A DNA stretch of 64,000 nt from Anaeramoeba ignava BMAN (taxonomy: Eukaryota > Protista > Anaeramoebae): the NCBI GenBank assembly GCA_028826165.1, contig JAPDFW010000055.1, positions 186,001-250,000 on the forward strand, written 5' to 3'. The position numbers and the translations under genes are program-made. A model generated the notes under the pieces. That model was given only the letters and a program-made list of their open reading frames with translations, did not search any database and was not told the DNA's origin. Of this stretch, positions 35,101 through 47,500 are shown piece after piece; position 1 is the first letter of the stretch, and each line of letters opens with the position of its first letter.

Positions 35101-36183
35101 TATTATTAAAATTTATTATTATAATTTATTATTAAATTTATTATTAAAATTTATTATTAAATTTATTATTAAATTTATTATTAAATTTATTATTAAATTT
35201 ATTATTAAATTTATTATTAAATTTATTATTAAATTTATTATTAAATTTATTATTATATTTATTATTAAATTTATTATTAAAATTATTATTAATATTATTA
35301 TTAAATTTATTATTAAAATTATTATTAAAATTATTATTAAATTTATTATTAAAATTATTATTAAAATTATTATTAAAATTATTATTAAAATTATTATTAA
35401 ATTTGTTATTAAAATTATTATTAAAATTATTATTAAATTTATTATTAAAAATTATTATTAAATTTATTATTAAATTTATTATTAAATTTATTATTAAAAT
35501 TTATTATTAAAATTTATTATTAAATTTATTATTAAAATTATTATTAAAATTATTAATTAAATTTATTATTAAAATTATTATTAAAATTATTATTAAAATT
35601 TATTATTAAAATTATTATTAAATTTATTATTAAATTTATTATTAAATTTATTATTAAATTTATTATTAAAATTATTATTAAAATTATTATTAAAATTATT
35701 ATTAAAATTATTATTAAAATTATTATTAAAATTATTATTAAATTTATTATTATAATTATTATTAAATTTATTATTAAATTTATTATTAAATTTATTATTA
35801 AATTTATTATTAAATTTATTATTAAATTTATTATTAAAATTATTATTAAAATTATTATTAAATTTATTATTAAATTTATTATTAAAATTATTATTAAAAT
35901 TATTATTAAAATTATTATTAAATTTATTATTATATTTATTATTAAATTTGTTATTTAATTTATTATTAAAATTATTATTAAAATTATTTATAAATTTATT
36001 ATTAAATTTATTATTAAATTTGTTATTAAATTTGTGATTGAATTTTTAAATATGTTTTTCTTTTAAAAAAAAAATTTTTTTTTTAAATTTTTACTGCATG
36101 TTTAAAAGCCAAAAATCCCAATCAGGATCAGAAAAACTGAAAGAAAATAAAGTAAATAAGAAAATGAATAAAATTATTTTCAT
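32125..36183 (-). CDS. Secreted RNase T2-family protein with atypical active-site motifs; 2 exons
   Basis: Exon 1 36183-36095 encodes signal peptide MKIILFIFLFTLFSFSFS-DPDWDFWLLNM. Intron 36094-32723 (3372 bp) joins to Q-WPLADC. CAS I FALHTFEP, CAS II FWKTNWEKHGTC, LHEIGFCY. Confidence 0.88.
32725..36030. repeat. 12-bp array ttattattaaa(a/t) filling the 3.4-kb RNase T2 intron
   Basis: Direct reading; source of the spurious (IIKF)n and (LLKL)n ORFs. Confidence 0.95.
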
Positions 36184-36229
36184 TGTTTTGAAATGAAAAA
36201 AATGAAAAAAAAAAATTTAAAAAAAAAAA

Positions 36230-36665
36230 TTAATTAGGATTAGGGAAATCAAAAATCCAAATTGAAGTTCGATTTCCACATTTTTCTCCAACATTAATTC
36301 TTAAAGTATCAGAACAAGAAAATAATTTTAAATCTTTTCCATAACAAAATCCAATTTCATGAAGAATAGTTTTACCAAGATAAGTATTACAAGAAATAGT
36401 TTGAGTAACTGCTTGGTCAATTTGATCATAAGTGTAAAAAGTAGTATTTGAAGGAACAATATTATTTTTCCAAAGCCAAGTTGTTGGATCTAAAGATTCT
36501 CTAAATTGATATTCAGTATAAAAATATTCATATTCTGATTTTTAAAATATTTAATAAACAAGTTCCATGTTTTTCCCAATTAATTTTCCAAAAAGTTTGA
36601 GGATAACTGAAATTCCAAAAATCAAACTAAATATAAGCTAATGAATAAGTTATATTCAAAATTTC
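36230..36665 (-). pseudogene. Decayed partial copy of RNase T2 exon 2
   Basis: Aligns to 32125-~32580 with 13 substitutions, a 21-bp deletion at a gaaatag microhomology and a 1-bp insertion; 5' part missing. Confidence 0.92.
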
Positions 36666-37307
36666 ATAATTGTTAAAAGGATCTTTTTATCGTTCCAAAT
36701 AATTTAAATTATTTTTTCATTGATTCAATTTTTTTCTAAATTATTTTTTTTTGTTCTTTAATATTATTGAATAATTAAAAGCTTCAAAATATCAATAAGG
36801 ATAAAAGAAATTTAAATAAAGTAAATCAAATAGTAAAAAAATTGTAATATTTTTGTTATTTAGTGTTAATTTTTTTAATTAAATTTAAATAAAATTTTTT
36901 GTGGAATTCTTTTTTAATTAAATTTTAATTAAATTTTTTTTATTTTAAAAATTACTTTTTGGAAATCTGGCAAATAGAAACTAATTTAAAATTAAAATGA
37001 ATATGAATAAAAAAAGTAAATAGTTTAAATTATTTATATTTAAAATGAGAAATTTATTTCCAATTTAAATTTATTATTCTTTTTGAATTATCTTTTGTTT
37101 TTTTTTTTTGATTTGGGGATTCAATTAATATTTAATTGAGTTTAAAAATAATTTTAAAAGTATTTCTTTAATAAATATATTTAATAAAACAAACAATTTT
37201 GAAAAGAGAAATTTCTCATTTGATCAATAAAAAAAAAAAAATAAAAAGAATTTAAAAAAAAAAAGAAATTAATTTAAAAAATCACTTTTTTTTTTGGATT
37301 TTTTGCA

Positions 37308-39603
37308 ATGAAATTTTTACAAGTTTTTATTTTAATTTTGTTTGTTTTATCAATTTCTTATTCTTCAAGAGTAATTCCAGCTCAATATTCTTATACTTTT
37401 CAAAGACATTATCCTCACAATTTAATTCCTTGTATTCTTTCTGATGGTTCTGAAGTTAATATTACACTTTATTCTGAAAATTGGAAATGGTGGTATATTT
37501 CTGAAAGAACTAATCATACAGGTAAATTAATTCAAATAATTCCAAAAATAAATTCAAATAATAAAAAATATTTTTTTTTGCTTCTTCAATTTTTTATTGT
37601 TAAAAATAAAAATAAAATTAAAAATAGGAATTAAATCTCCAGTTGATTCATTTAAAAATTATAAAATGATTGAAGATTATTATAATTATCCTTCTTCTTT
37701 TTCAATAGAAATGTGGTTTTCAAATATTAAGAATTGTTCAGATGAAAATACTCTTTTGAATAATGTTGGTGATTTAAATTCATATTATCCAGTTATTAGA
37801 GTTTGTCCAAATACTTCTTGTCTTAAAATTCAAATTGATTATGGTGATTTAGTAGTCTCAAGTTTTACAGTATTAACACCTAATTTATCAAATGAAGATT
37901 ATTATCATCTTATTGTAAATTGGGAACCTGGTAATCAAACTGTTTATCTTAATAATATTGAAATTGGAACAGGTTCACTTCCTGATAAACTTTCTTTATC
38001 TTTTTTCCCAATGGATACTTTGGAAATTGAACATTCAATTTATTATGTTGGAGTATATAACAAAATATTAACAAAATCCGAAGTTGAAGATAATTATTTA
38101 TCAGGAATTCCTGGTTGGTTTAATCAAACTCAAAACACAATTTTATTGAATAATACTGATTATCTCATGTTTGATTTCAATGATTTTTATTTGTTAACAA
38201 ATTCATCAATTTATCAAATTGAAATTTTAACAAATTCATCAAATTCATCATTTTATTGTGAATTATATACATCAAATTCTTCTGTTCAAATATTTACTCC
38301 TTACACTTTACCAATTACTTCATCTTTGATTTATATCAAATCTCCTATTTTTCCAGGAGAAAATTTCCAGTGTTCATTCAATTACTCAATTACCTTTATA
38401 GATACAAATTACAATTCAACATGGAAAGAACAATCAACATTATTTGTAGATGTTAAAAATGCATATACTGGACCTATTTTTGAACCTACAAACTTTTCAT
38501 TTTATATGTCAAGTTTAATAAATCAAAGTTTCACAATTCATTATGAAGATGAAGTTGGGCATGAAGTTAATAGTTTCACAATTCAAAATTTAGATAATCT
38601 AATTATTTATTATCAAGGAGAGATTGTTTCTAATGGAAAACAAACAGATATTTCTTCACCATCAAATTATGGAGAACTTGAATTTGAATTTATAATGGCA
38701 AAACCTAATACAGAAGATGATTCAATTATCAAATTTAATTTAAGTTTAAATTCGAATAGTGGATATTCAACAATAAAAACAATGAATTTCTATGTTAATA
38801 ATTCAAATCTGAAGATTGGAAAAGAAGAAGGAAATCTTACTGAAGATTCTCTTTCACCTATTAATCTTACATTTTCAGATTCTTATTCAGGAAATTTAAA
38901 TACAAGTTGGCAGATTGTTTGGATTGGAGATAACACATCAGGTTCAACAATCGAAGTTGATAATCAACAAATATCTTTAGGAGGAGTAATTGCATCAGGA
39001 GATGGAACACCAATCAATAATGCAAGCCCAGTTGAAATTTATATTCAACCCAAACAACATTATACTGATGTATTAGAATTAGGATTTATGATTCAAAATG
39101 GAATTGAAAATTTAAATCAATCTCTTCTATTCAACATTACAGAAAATAGCAAACATCATTCAATTTCAGCAAATTGTAGCAAACATTGTAGAAAAGGACA
39201 TGGACATAGACATCAATGGATTTATACAGGAAATGAAATTACATTAACATTCACAATTAGTGATCTAGATGGAATTGGACTGATTTTAACTCTTTCTTTA
39301 ACAAACTTCGAAATGAAATCTCTCAAGTTTAGTAACACTAAATTTTTACAAATTCATGGAACTCAACAAGATATAATGGACCAATTAAATAATTTCACAA
39401 TTATCACAAATGGTGCTAACAGAACTTTTCAATCAGATAATTTGGTTTTAAACCTAACAAATGAAAACTCAACTGATATTTTTTCGATTACTTACGAGAT
39501 GATTATTGAAACTCCAAATTTAATTCAAGATGAAAAAGATAAGATTAATCGATCAAATCTAAAAATTCCAAAAAAAAACAAAACAAAACAAAAATTGTTT
39601 TAA
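37308..39603 (+). CDS. Secreted glycoprotein copy 1: signal peptide, LamG/concanavalin-A-like domain, Ig/cadherin-like beta-rich region; 2 exons
   Basis: Exons 37308-37521 and 37628-39603. Signal peptide MKFLQVFILILFVLSISYS. LamG3-like FSIEMWF...YYHLIVNW...TVYLNN...IYYVGVYNKILTKSEVEDNY. Many N-x-S/T sites. Confidence 0.75.
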
Positions 39604-39725
39604 TTGTTTTTTTTTTTTGAAATTTTGAAAGAAAAGAAAATTTGTTTTGGTTTTTTTCTTCTTTAATTGATTAAAAAAAAAAAAAAAAAAAAGAAAAGAA
39701 AATTTTCCTTTTTAAATTGTTAATT

Positions 39726-39861
39726 TTAAAAATTGAAAAAATCCTTAACAAATTTTTCTAATTCAGCAACAGCTTTATCTAAATCATCATTAATTAAAGT
39801 GTAATCAAAAATATCTTTGTGTTTTTGAAATAAACCATCTTCTTTACAAACAGTTTCAAGT
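39726..39861 (-). pseudogene. Duplicated 3' fragment of guanylate kinase
   Basis: Near-identical to 42993-43128 (LETxxKEDGLFQKHKDIFDYTLINDDLDKAVAELEKFVKDFFNF*); no upstream exons. Confidence 0.9.
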
Positions 39862-40796
39862 TTCATTAATCTATAAAAATTTCCTCTTTCATTTTTTTTT
39901 GGATTTTTCTTTTTCCAAAAAAAAACAATTTTTGATCGAATCAACAACCTTTCCAGGAATCATCTTTTATTTCTCAAAATTAATGTATTAATCATTTTTT
40001 ATACATTAATTTTTCTTTTCAAAATATGGAAAATCTAATTTGCCATCATTCATTTTTTTGGAAAATTAATATCATCTCCATTAAATAAAAGATTTAATTG
40101 AATAGAAATCAATAAACAATGCCAAAACTACAAAAAAAAATTTTTTCCAATTTTTATAATTGATTGATTCGATAAAAAAACGTTAAGATTTCTTATATTA
40201 TTTTTTTTCTTTTTTAATTTTAGTAGTTCTCTAAACAAATAAAAAGGAGAATTTTAAAAAATGTTTAATATCCAAGAAAAAAAGACTTGATTCAAGCATT
40301 TCAAAATAGATTATCATTTCAATTTGAGTTTAATCAAAATTAAAAAATTTTTTTTGATCCTCCAAAATGTTTCAAATATCTTTAATTTAAATTTTATCAA
40401 AAAAAAAAATTTTTTTTATTTCCATTTTCCTTTCAAAAAAATACAACCCAAGTTCCCCCTTTTAAAACCGGCAAATAGAACTAATTTAAAATTAAAATGA
40501 ATATGAATAAAAAAAGTAAATAGTTTAAATTATTTATATTTAAAATGAGAAATTTATTTCCAATTTAAATTTATTATTCTTTTTGAATTATCTTTTGTTT
40601 TTTTTTTTGATTTGGGGATTCAATTAATATTTAATTGAGTTTAAAAATAATTTTAAAAGTATTTCTTTAAAAATCTTTAATAAAACAAACAAAATCCAAA
40701 AAAAGATTTCTCATTTGATCAATCAAAAAAATAGAATTTAAAAAAAAAAATTTCTTATTTCAAAAAGTCACTTTTTTTTTTGGATTTTTTTTTGCA

Positions 40797-42728
40797 ATGA
40801 AATTTTTACAAGTTTTTATTTTAATTTTGTTTGTTTTATCAATTTCTTATTCTTCAAGAGTAATTCCAGCTCAATATTCTTATACTTTCCAAAGACATTA
40901 TCCTCAAAATTTGATTCCTTGTATTCTTTCTGATGGTTCTGAAGTTAATATTACACTTTATTCTGAAAATTGGAAATGGTGGTATATTTCTGAAAGAACT
41001 AATCATACAGGTAAATTAATTCAAATAATTCCAAAAATAAATTCAAATAATAAAAAATATTTTTTTTATTAATAAAAATAATATTAAAAATAGGAATTAA
41101 ATCTCCAGTTGATTCATTTAAAAATTATAAAATGATTGAAGGTTATTATAATTATCCTTCTTCTTTTTCAATAGAAATGTGGTTTTCAAATATTAAGAAT
41201 TGTTCAGATGAAAATACTCTTTTGAATAATGTTGGTGATTTAAATTCATATTATCCAGTTATTAGAGTTTGCCCAAATACTTCTTGTCTTAAAATTCAAA
41301 TTGATTATGGTGGTTTAGTAATTTCAAGTTTTACAGTATTAACACCTAATTTATCAAATGAAGATTATTATCATCTTATTGTGAATTGGGAACCTGGTAA
41401 TCAAACTGTTTATCTTAATAATATTGAAATTGGAACAGGTTCACTTCCTGATAAACTTTCTTTATCTTTTTTCCCAATGGATACTTTGGAAATTGAACAT
41501 TCAATTTATTATGTTGGAGTATATAACAAAATATTAACAAAATCTGAAGTTGAAGATAATTATTTATCAGGAATTCCTGGTTGGTTTAATCAAACTCAAA
41601 ACACAATTTTATTGAATAATACTGATTATCTCATGTTTGATTTCAATGATTTTTATTTGTTAACAAATTCATCAATTTATCAAATTGAAATTTTAACAAA
41701 TTCATCAAATTCATCATTTTATTGTGAATTATATACATCAAATTCTTCTGTTCAAATATTTACTCCTTACAATTTACCAATTACTTCATCTTTGATTTAT
41801 ATCCAAACTCCAATATTTGCTAATGAAAATATTCCAGTGTTCATTCAATTACTCAATTACCTTTATAGATACAAATTACAATTCAACATGGAAAGAACAA
41901 TCAACATTATTTGTAGATGTTAAAAATGCATATACTGGACCTATTTTTGAACCTACAAACTTTTCATTTTATATGTCAAGTTTAATAAATCAAAGTTTTA
42001 CAATTCATTATGAAGATGAAGTTGGGCATGAAGTTAATAGTTTCACAATTCAAGTTTTAGATAATCTAATTATTTATTATCAAGGAGAGATTGTTTCGAA
42101 TGGAAAACAAACAGATATTTCTTCACCATCAAATTATGGAGAACTTGAATTTGAATTTATAATGGCAAAACCTAATACAGAAGATGATTCAATTATCAAA
42201 TTTAATTTAAGTTTAAATTCGAATAGTGGATATTCAACAATAAAAACAATGAATTTCTATGTTAATAATTCAAATCTGAAGATTGGAAAAGAAGAAGGAA
42301 ATCTTACTGAAGATTCTCTTTCACCTATTAATCTTACATTTTCAGATTCTTATTCAGGAAATTTAAATACAAGTTGGCAGATTGTTTGGATTGGAGATAA
42401 CACATCAGGTTCAACAATTCAATTTGAAGGACAATATTTATATCTTGGAGCGGTAATTACATCAGGAAATGGAACACCAATCAATAATGCAAGCCCAGTT
42501 GAAATTTATATTCAACCCAAACAACATTATACTGATGTATTAGAATTAGGATTTATGATTCAAAATGGAATTGAAAATTTAAATCAATCTCTTCTATTCA
42601 ACATTACAGAAAATAGCAAACATCATTCATTTTCAACAGGAGTTAAATATGAAACAATGAGGTTTAATCATTTCTTTTTGATTTCAATTTTGATTTTGTT
42701 TTTAGTTAATCCCTTTTTCATTTTTTAA
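40797..42728 (+). CDS. Secreted glycoprotein copy 2 (LamG-like) with hydrophobic, GPI-signal-like C-terminus; 2 exons; frameshift at ~41831
   Basis: Exons 40797-41010 and 41094-42728; highly similar to copy 1. One extra base (aat a ttc cag versus aat ttc cag). Ends STGVKYETMRFNHFFLISILILFLVNPFFIF*. Confidence 0.75.
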
Positions 42729-42992
42729 TAAATCTTCAAATGATTTAATTTTCTTTTCTTTTTTAATTTTTTATGATTATTGAAACTCCAAATTTAATTC
42801 AAGATGAAAAAGATAAGATTAATCAATCAAATCTAAAAATTCCAAAAACAAAACAAAACAAAAATTGTTTTAATTGTTTTTTTTTTTTGAAATTTTGAAA
42901 GAAAAGAAAATTTGTTTTGGTTTTTTTTATTTAATTGATTAAAAAAAAAGAAAAGAAAAGAAAAGAAAATTTTCCTTTTTAAATTGTTAATT

Positions 42993-44468
42993 TTAAAAAT
43001 TGAAAAAATCCTTAACAAATTTTTCTAATTCAGCAACAGCTTTATCTAAATCATCATTAATTAAAGTGTAGTCAAAAATATCTTTGTGTTTTTGAAATAA
43101 ACCATCTTCTTTACGAGCAGTTTCAAGTCTAATTTGGATTAAATCTTCAGTTTCAGTTCCTCTATCTCTGAGTCTTTTTTCAAGAACTTCAAAAGAAGGT
43201 GGTTTAACAAGAATCATTAAAGAATTATAATCAGTTTTTTTAACTGATAAAGCCCCATCAATATTCAAATCTAAAACACAAATTTTATTTTCAGAAATAA
43301 CGTGATTAATAGCTTCAAAACTTGTTCCGTATCTATTTCCATGAACTGTAGCAGTTTCCAAAAATTTTCCATCTTTTTCATCTTTTTCAAACTTTCCATT
43401 TTTTAATTTTGATTTATATTTATATTTATATTTATATTTATATTTATATTTATATTTATATTTATATTTATATTTATATTTATATTTATATTTATATTTA
43501 TATTTATATTTATATTTATATTTATATTTATATTTATATTTAATTTTAGATTTATATTTATATTTATATTTATATTTATATTTATATTTATATTTATATT
43601 TATATTTATATTTATATTTATATTTATATTTATATTTAGATTTATATTTATATTTATATTTATATTTATATTTATATTTATATTTAGATTTATATTTAGG
43701 TTTATATTTATATTTTTGAATTTGATTTTGAATTTGATTTTTTGAATTTGATTTTAATTTTGAAATTAATTTTGATTTATATTTATATTTAGATTTAGAT
43801 TTAGATTTAGATTTATATTTATATTTAGATTTAGATTTATATTTTATTTATATTTTGATTTAGATTTTTAAATTTAGATTTAGATTTATATTTATAATAT
43901 TTATATTTATATTTATATTTATATTTATATTTATATTTATATTTATATTTATATTTATATTTATATTTATATTTATATTTATATTTAGATTTAGATTTAT
44001 ATTTATATTTATATTTATATTTATATTTATATTTATATTTATATTTATATTTATATTTATATTTAGATTTATATTTAGATTTAGATTTATATTTAGATTT
44101 TGAATTATATTTTGAATTATATTTATATTTTGATTTGGATTTTAAATAAAAAAAGGATCGTTACTTGTTCAAGTGTTATAAAATGATAATGAATACCATC
44201 TTTTTCTTCTCCTCTTGGTTTTCTAGTTGTATGAGAAATTGAATATCCAAATTTTGAAGGATGAATATCCATTAAACGATTCAAAACAGTAGATTTTCCA
44301 GAACCAGAAGCACCAACAATAACAAAAACTGATTTTTTTTTTTCCTTTTTTTTGTTTAAATTTTAATTTTAATTTTAATTTTAATTTTAATTTTAATTTT
44401 AATTTTAATTTTAATTTTAATTTTAATTTTAATTTTAATTTTAATTTTAATTTTAATTTACTTACCAT
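42993..44468 (-). CDS. GUK1: Guanylate kinase; 3 exons, coding part of the first exon is ATG only
   Basis: Exons 44468-44466 (ATG|GTAAGT), 44344-44165, 43391-42993. VGASGSGKST, SISHTTRKPRGEEKDGIHYHF, VHGNRYGTS, LEKRLRDRGTET, INDDLDKAV. Confidence 0.93.
43410..44130. repeat. (atttat/atttag)n hexamer in guanylate kinase intron 2 (43392-44164)
   Basis: Direct reading. Confidence 0.92.
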
Positions 44469-44564
44469 TTTATTAAAAAATAAATTTATCAAAAAAAAAG
44501 GAAAAGAAATTAAAAAATGAAAATTTAATTCAAAAAATTTTTTTTCATTTTTTTTTCTTTTCAA
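44469..44564. promoter_or_regulatory. 96-bp bidirectional promoter with back-to-back initiator-like motifs
   Basis: aaaaatgaaaa (44513-44523, sense for GUK1) and tttttcattttt (~44541-44552, sense for SEC23) lie between ATGs 44468 and 44565. Confidence 0.65.
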
Positions 44565-47500
44565 ATGTCTATTTTTCAAAAACAAGAAGATTTAAATGGA
44601 ATAAGGTTTTCTTGGAATATTTTCCCAAATTCTAAACAAGAAAATGCTCGATTCGTTATTCCTGTTGGATGTTTATACACCCCTTTAAAATTAATTAAAG
44701 GTTTAAATAAAGTAAAATGATTTAAAAATAATTTGAAATAAAAATTCGAAAAAAAAATTTTTTTAATTTAAAATTTACATAAAATTAAAATAAGTTTAAT
44801 AAAATAAATATAAATAATTAATATTTAATTAATAAAATAAATATAAATAATTAATATTTACTTAATAAAATAAATATAAATAAATGATATTTAATTAATA
44901 AAATAAATATAAATAATTAATATTTAATTAATAAAATAAATATAAATAATTAATATTTAATTAATAAAATAAATATAAATAATTAATATTTAATTAATAA
45001 AATAAATATAAATAATTAATATTTAATTAATAAAATAAATATAAATAATTAATATTTAATTAATAAAATAAATATAAATAATTAATATTTAATTAATAAA
45101 ATAAAATAAATAATAAATAAATAAATATTTAATTAATAAAAATAATAAAATAAATATAAATAATTAATATTTAATTAATAAAATAAATATAAATAATTAA
45201 TATTTAATTAATAAAATAAATATAAATAATTAATATTTAATTAAATAAAATAAATATAAATAATTAATATTTACTTTAATAAAATAAATATAAATAAATA
45301 ATATTTAATTTATAAAAAAATAAATATAAATAATTAATATTTAATTAATAAAAAATAAATTATAAATAATTAATATTTAATTAATAAATAAAATAAATAT
45401 AAATAATTAATATTTAATTAATAAAAATAAATATAAATAATTAATATTTAATTAATAAAATAAATATAAATAATTAATATTTAATTAATAAAAATAAATA
45501 TAAATAATTGATATTTAATTAATAAAATAAATATAAATAATTAATAAATAATTAATAAAATAAATATAAATAATTAATATTTAATTAATAAAAATAAATA
45601 TAAATAATTAATATTTAATTAATAAAAAAATAAATATAAAAATAATTAATATTTAATTAATAAAATAAATATAAATAAATTAATATTTAATTAATAAAAT
45701 AAAAATAAATATAAATAATTAATAATTAATTAATAAAATAAATATAAATAATTAATAATTTAATTAATAAAATAAATATAAATAATTAATATTTAATTAA
45801 TAAAATAAAATTTCATAAATAAATTAATATTTAATTAATAAAATAAATATAAAAATAATTAATATTTAATTTAATAAAAATAAATATAAATAATTAATAT
45901 TTAATTAATAAAATAAATATAAATAATTAATAATTTAATTAATAAAATAAAATATAAATAATTAATATTTAATTAATAAAAATAAATATAAATAATTAAT
46001 ATTTAATTAATAAAATAAATATAAATAATTAATATTTAATTAATAAAATAAATATAAATAATTAATATTTAATTAATAAAATAAATATAAATAATTAATA
46101 TTTAATTAATAAAATAAATATAAATAATTAATATTTAATTAATAAAATAAATATAAATAATAAATATTTAATTAATAAAAATAAATATAAATAATTAATA
46201 TTTAATTAATAAAAAAATAAATATAAATAAATGATATTTAATTAATAAAATAAATATAAATAATGATATTTAATTAATAAAATAAATATAAAATAATTGA
46301 TATTTAATTAATAAAAATAAATATAAATAATTAATATTTAATTAATAAAATAAATATAAATAATTAATATTTAATTAATAAAATAAACATAAATAATTAA
46401 TATTTAATTAATATTTACTTAATAAAATAAATATAAATAATTAATATTTAATTAATAAAATAAATATAAATAATTAATATTTAATTAATAAAAATAAATA
46501 TAAATAATTAATATTTAATTAATAAAATAAATATAAATAATTAATATTTACTTAATAAAATAAATATAAATAATTAATAATTAATTAATAAAATAAATAT
46601 AAATAATTAATATTTAATTAATAAAATAAATATAAATAATATTTAATTAATAAAATAAATATAAATAATAATATTTAATTAATAAAATAAATATAAATAA
46701 TTAATATTTAATTAATAAAATAAATATAAATAATTAATATTTAATTAATAAAATAATAAATAATATTAAAAATGAAAAAAAAGCCAAAATACAATCCAGT
46801 GCATTGTCGACAATGCAATGCAATATTAAATCCGTATGCAACGATAGATTTCGAATCAAAAATTTGGGCGTGTCCATTTTGTTATCAAAGAAACAAATTA
46901 CCAGAAGGATACAATTCAATATCAGAACAAAATTTACCGATAGAATTAATACAAACATTTCAGACAATAGAATATCAATTACAAGAACAACCAAGTCTTC
47001 CACCAGCATTAATATTCCTTATAGATTTAACTTGTGATGAAGATGAGTTGATTGCATTGAAAGATTCTTTAATGCAATCCCTCAGTTTAATTCCTGATAA
47101 TTATTATATTGGAATAATTACATTTGGTGCAACTGTTCAAATTTATGATTTAACTTTTATTGATTTTCCTAAATCTTATATGATTCGTGGAGCAAGAACA
47201 TTAAGTGAATTACAAATAAAAGCATATCTTGGATTGAAGAATTATGGTAAAATCAAAATTAAAATTAAAATTATAATTAAAATTTAAAATTAAAAATTAA
47301 AATTAAAATTAAATTTAAATTTAAAATTAAAATTAAAATTAAAACTAAAATTAAAAATTAAAATTAAAATTAAAATCAAAATTAAAATTAAAATTAAAAT
47401 CAAAATTAAAAATTAAAATTAAAATTAAAAATTAAAATTAAAATTAAAATTAAAATTAAAATTAAAATTAAAATTAAAATTAAAATTAAAATTAAAATTA

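Larger units (their letters stand above)
36969..43128. repeat. Tandem segmental duplication (36969-39861 versus 40470-43128)
   Basis: Shared from ggcaaataga (36969/40470) to catcattca (~39162/~42629), and again from atgattattgaaactcc (39499/42773) to cagtttcaagt (39861/43128). Confidence 0.93.
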
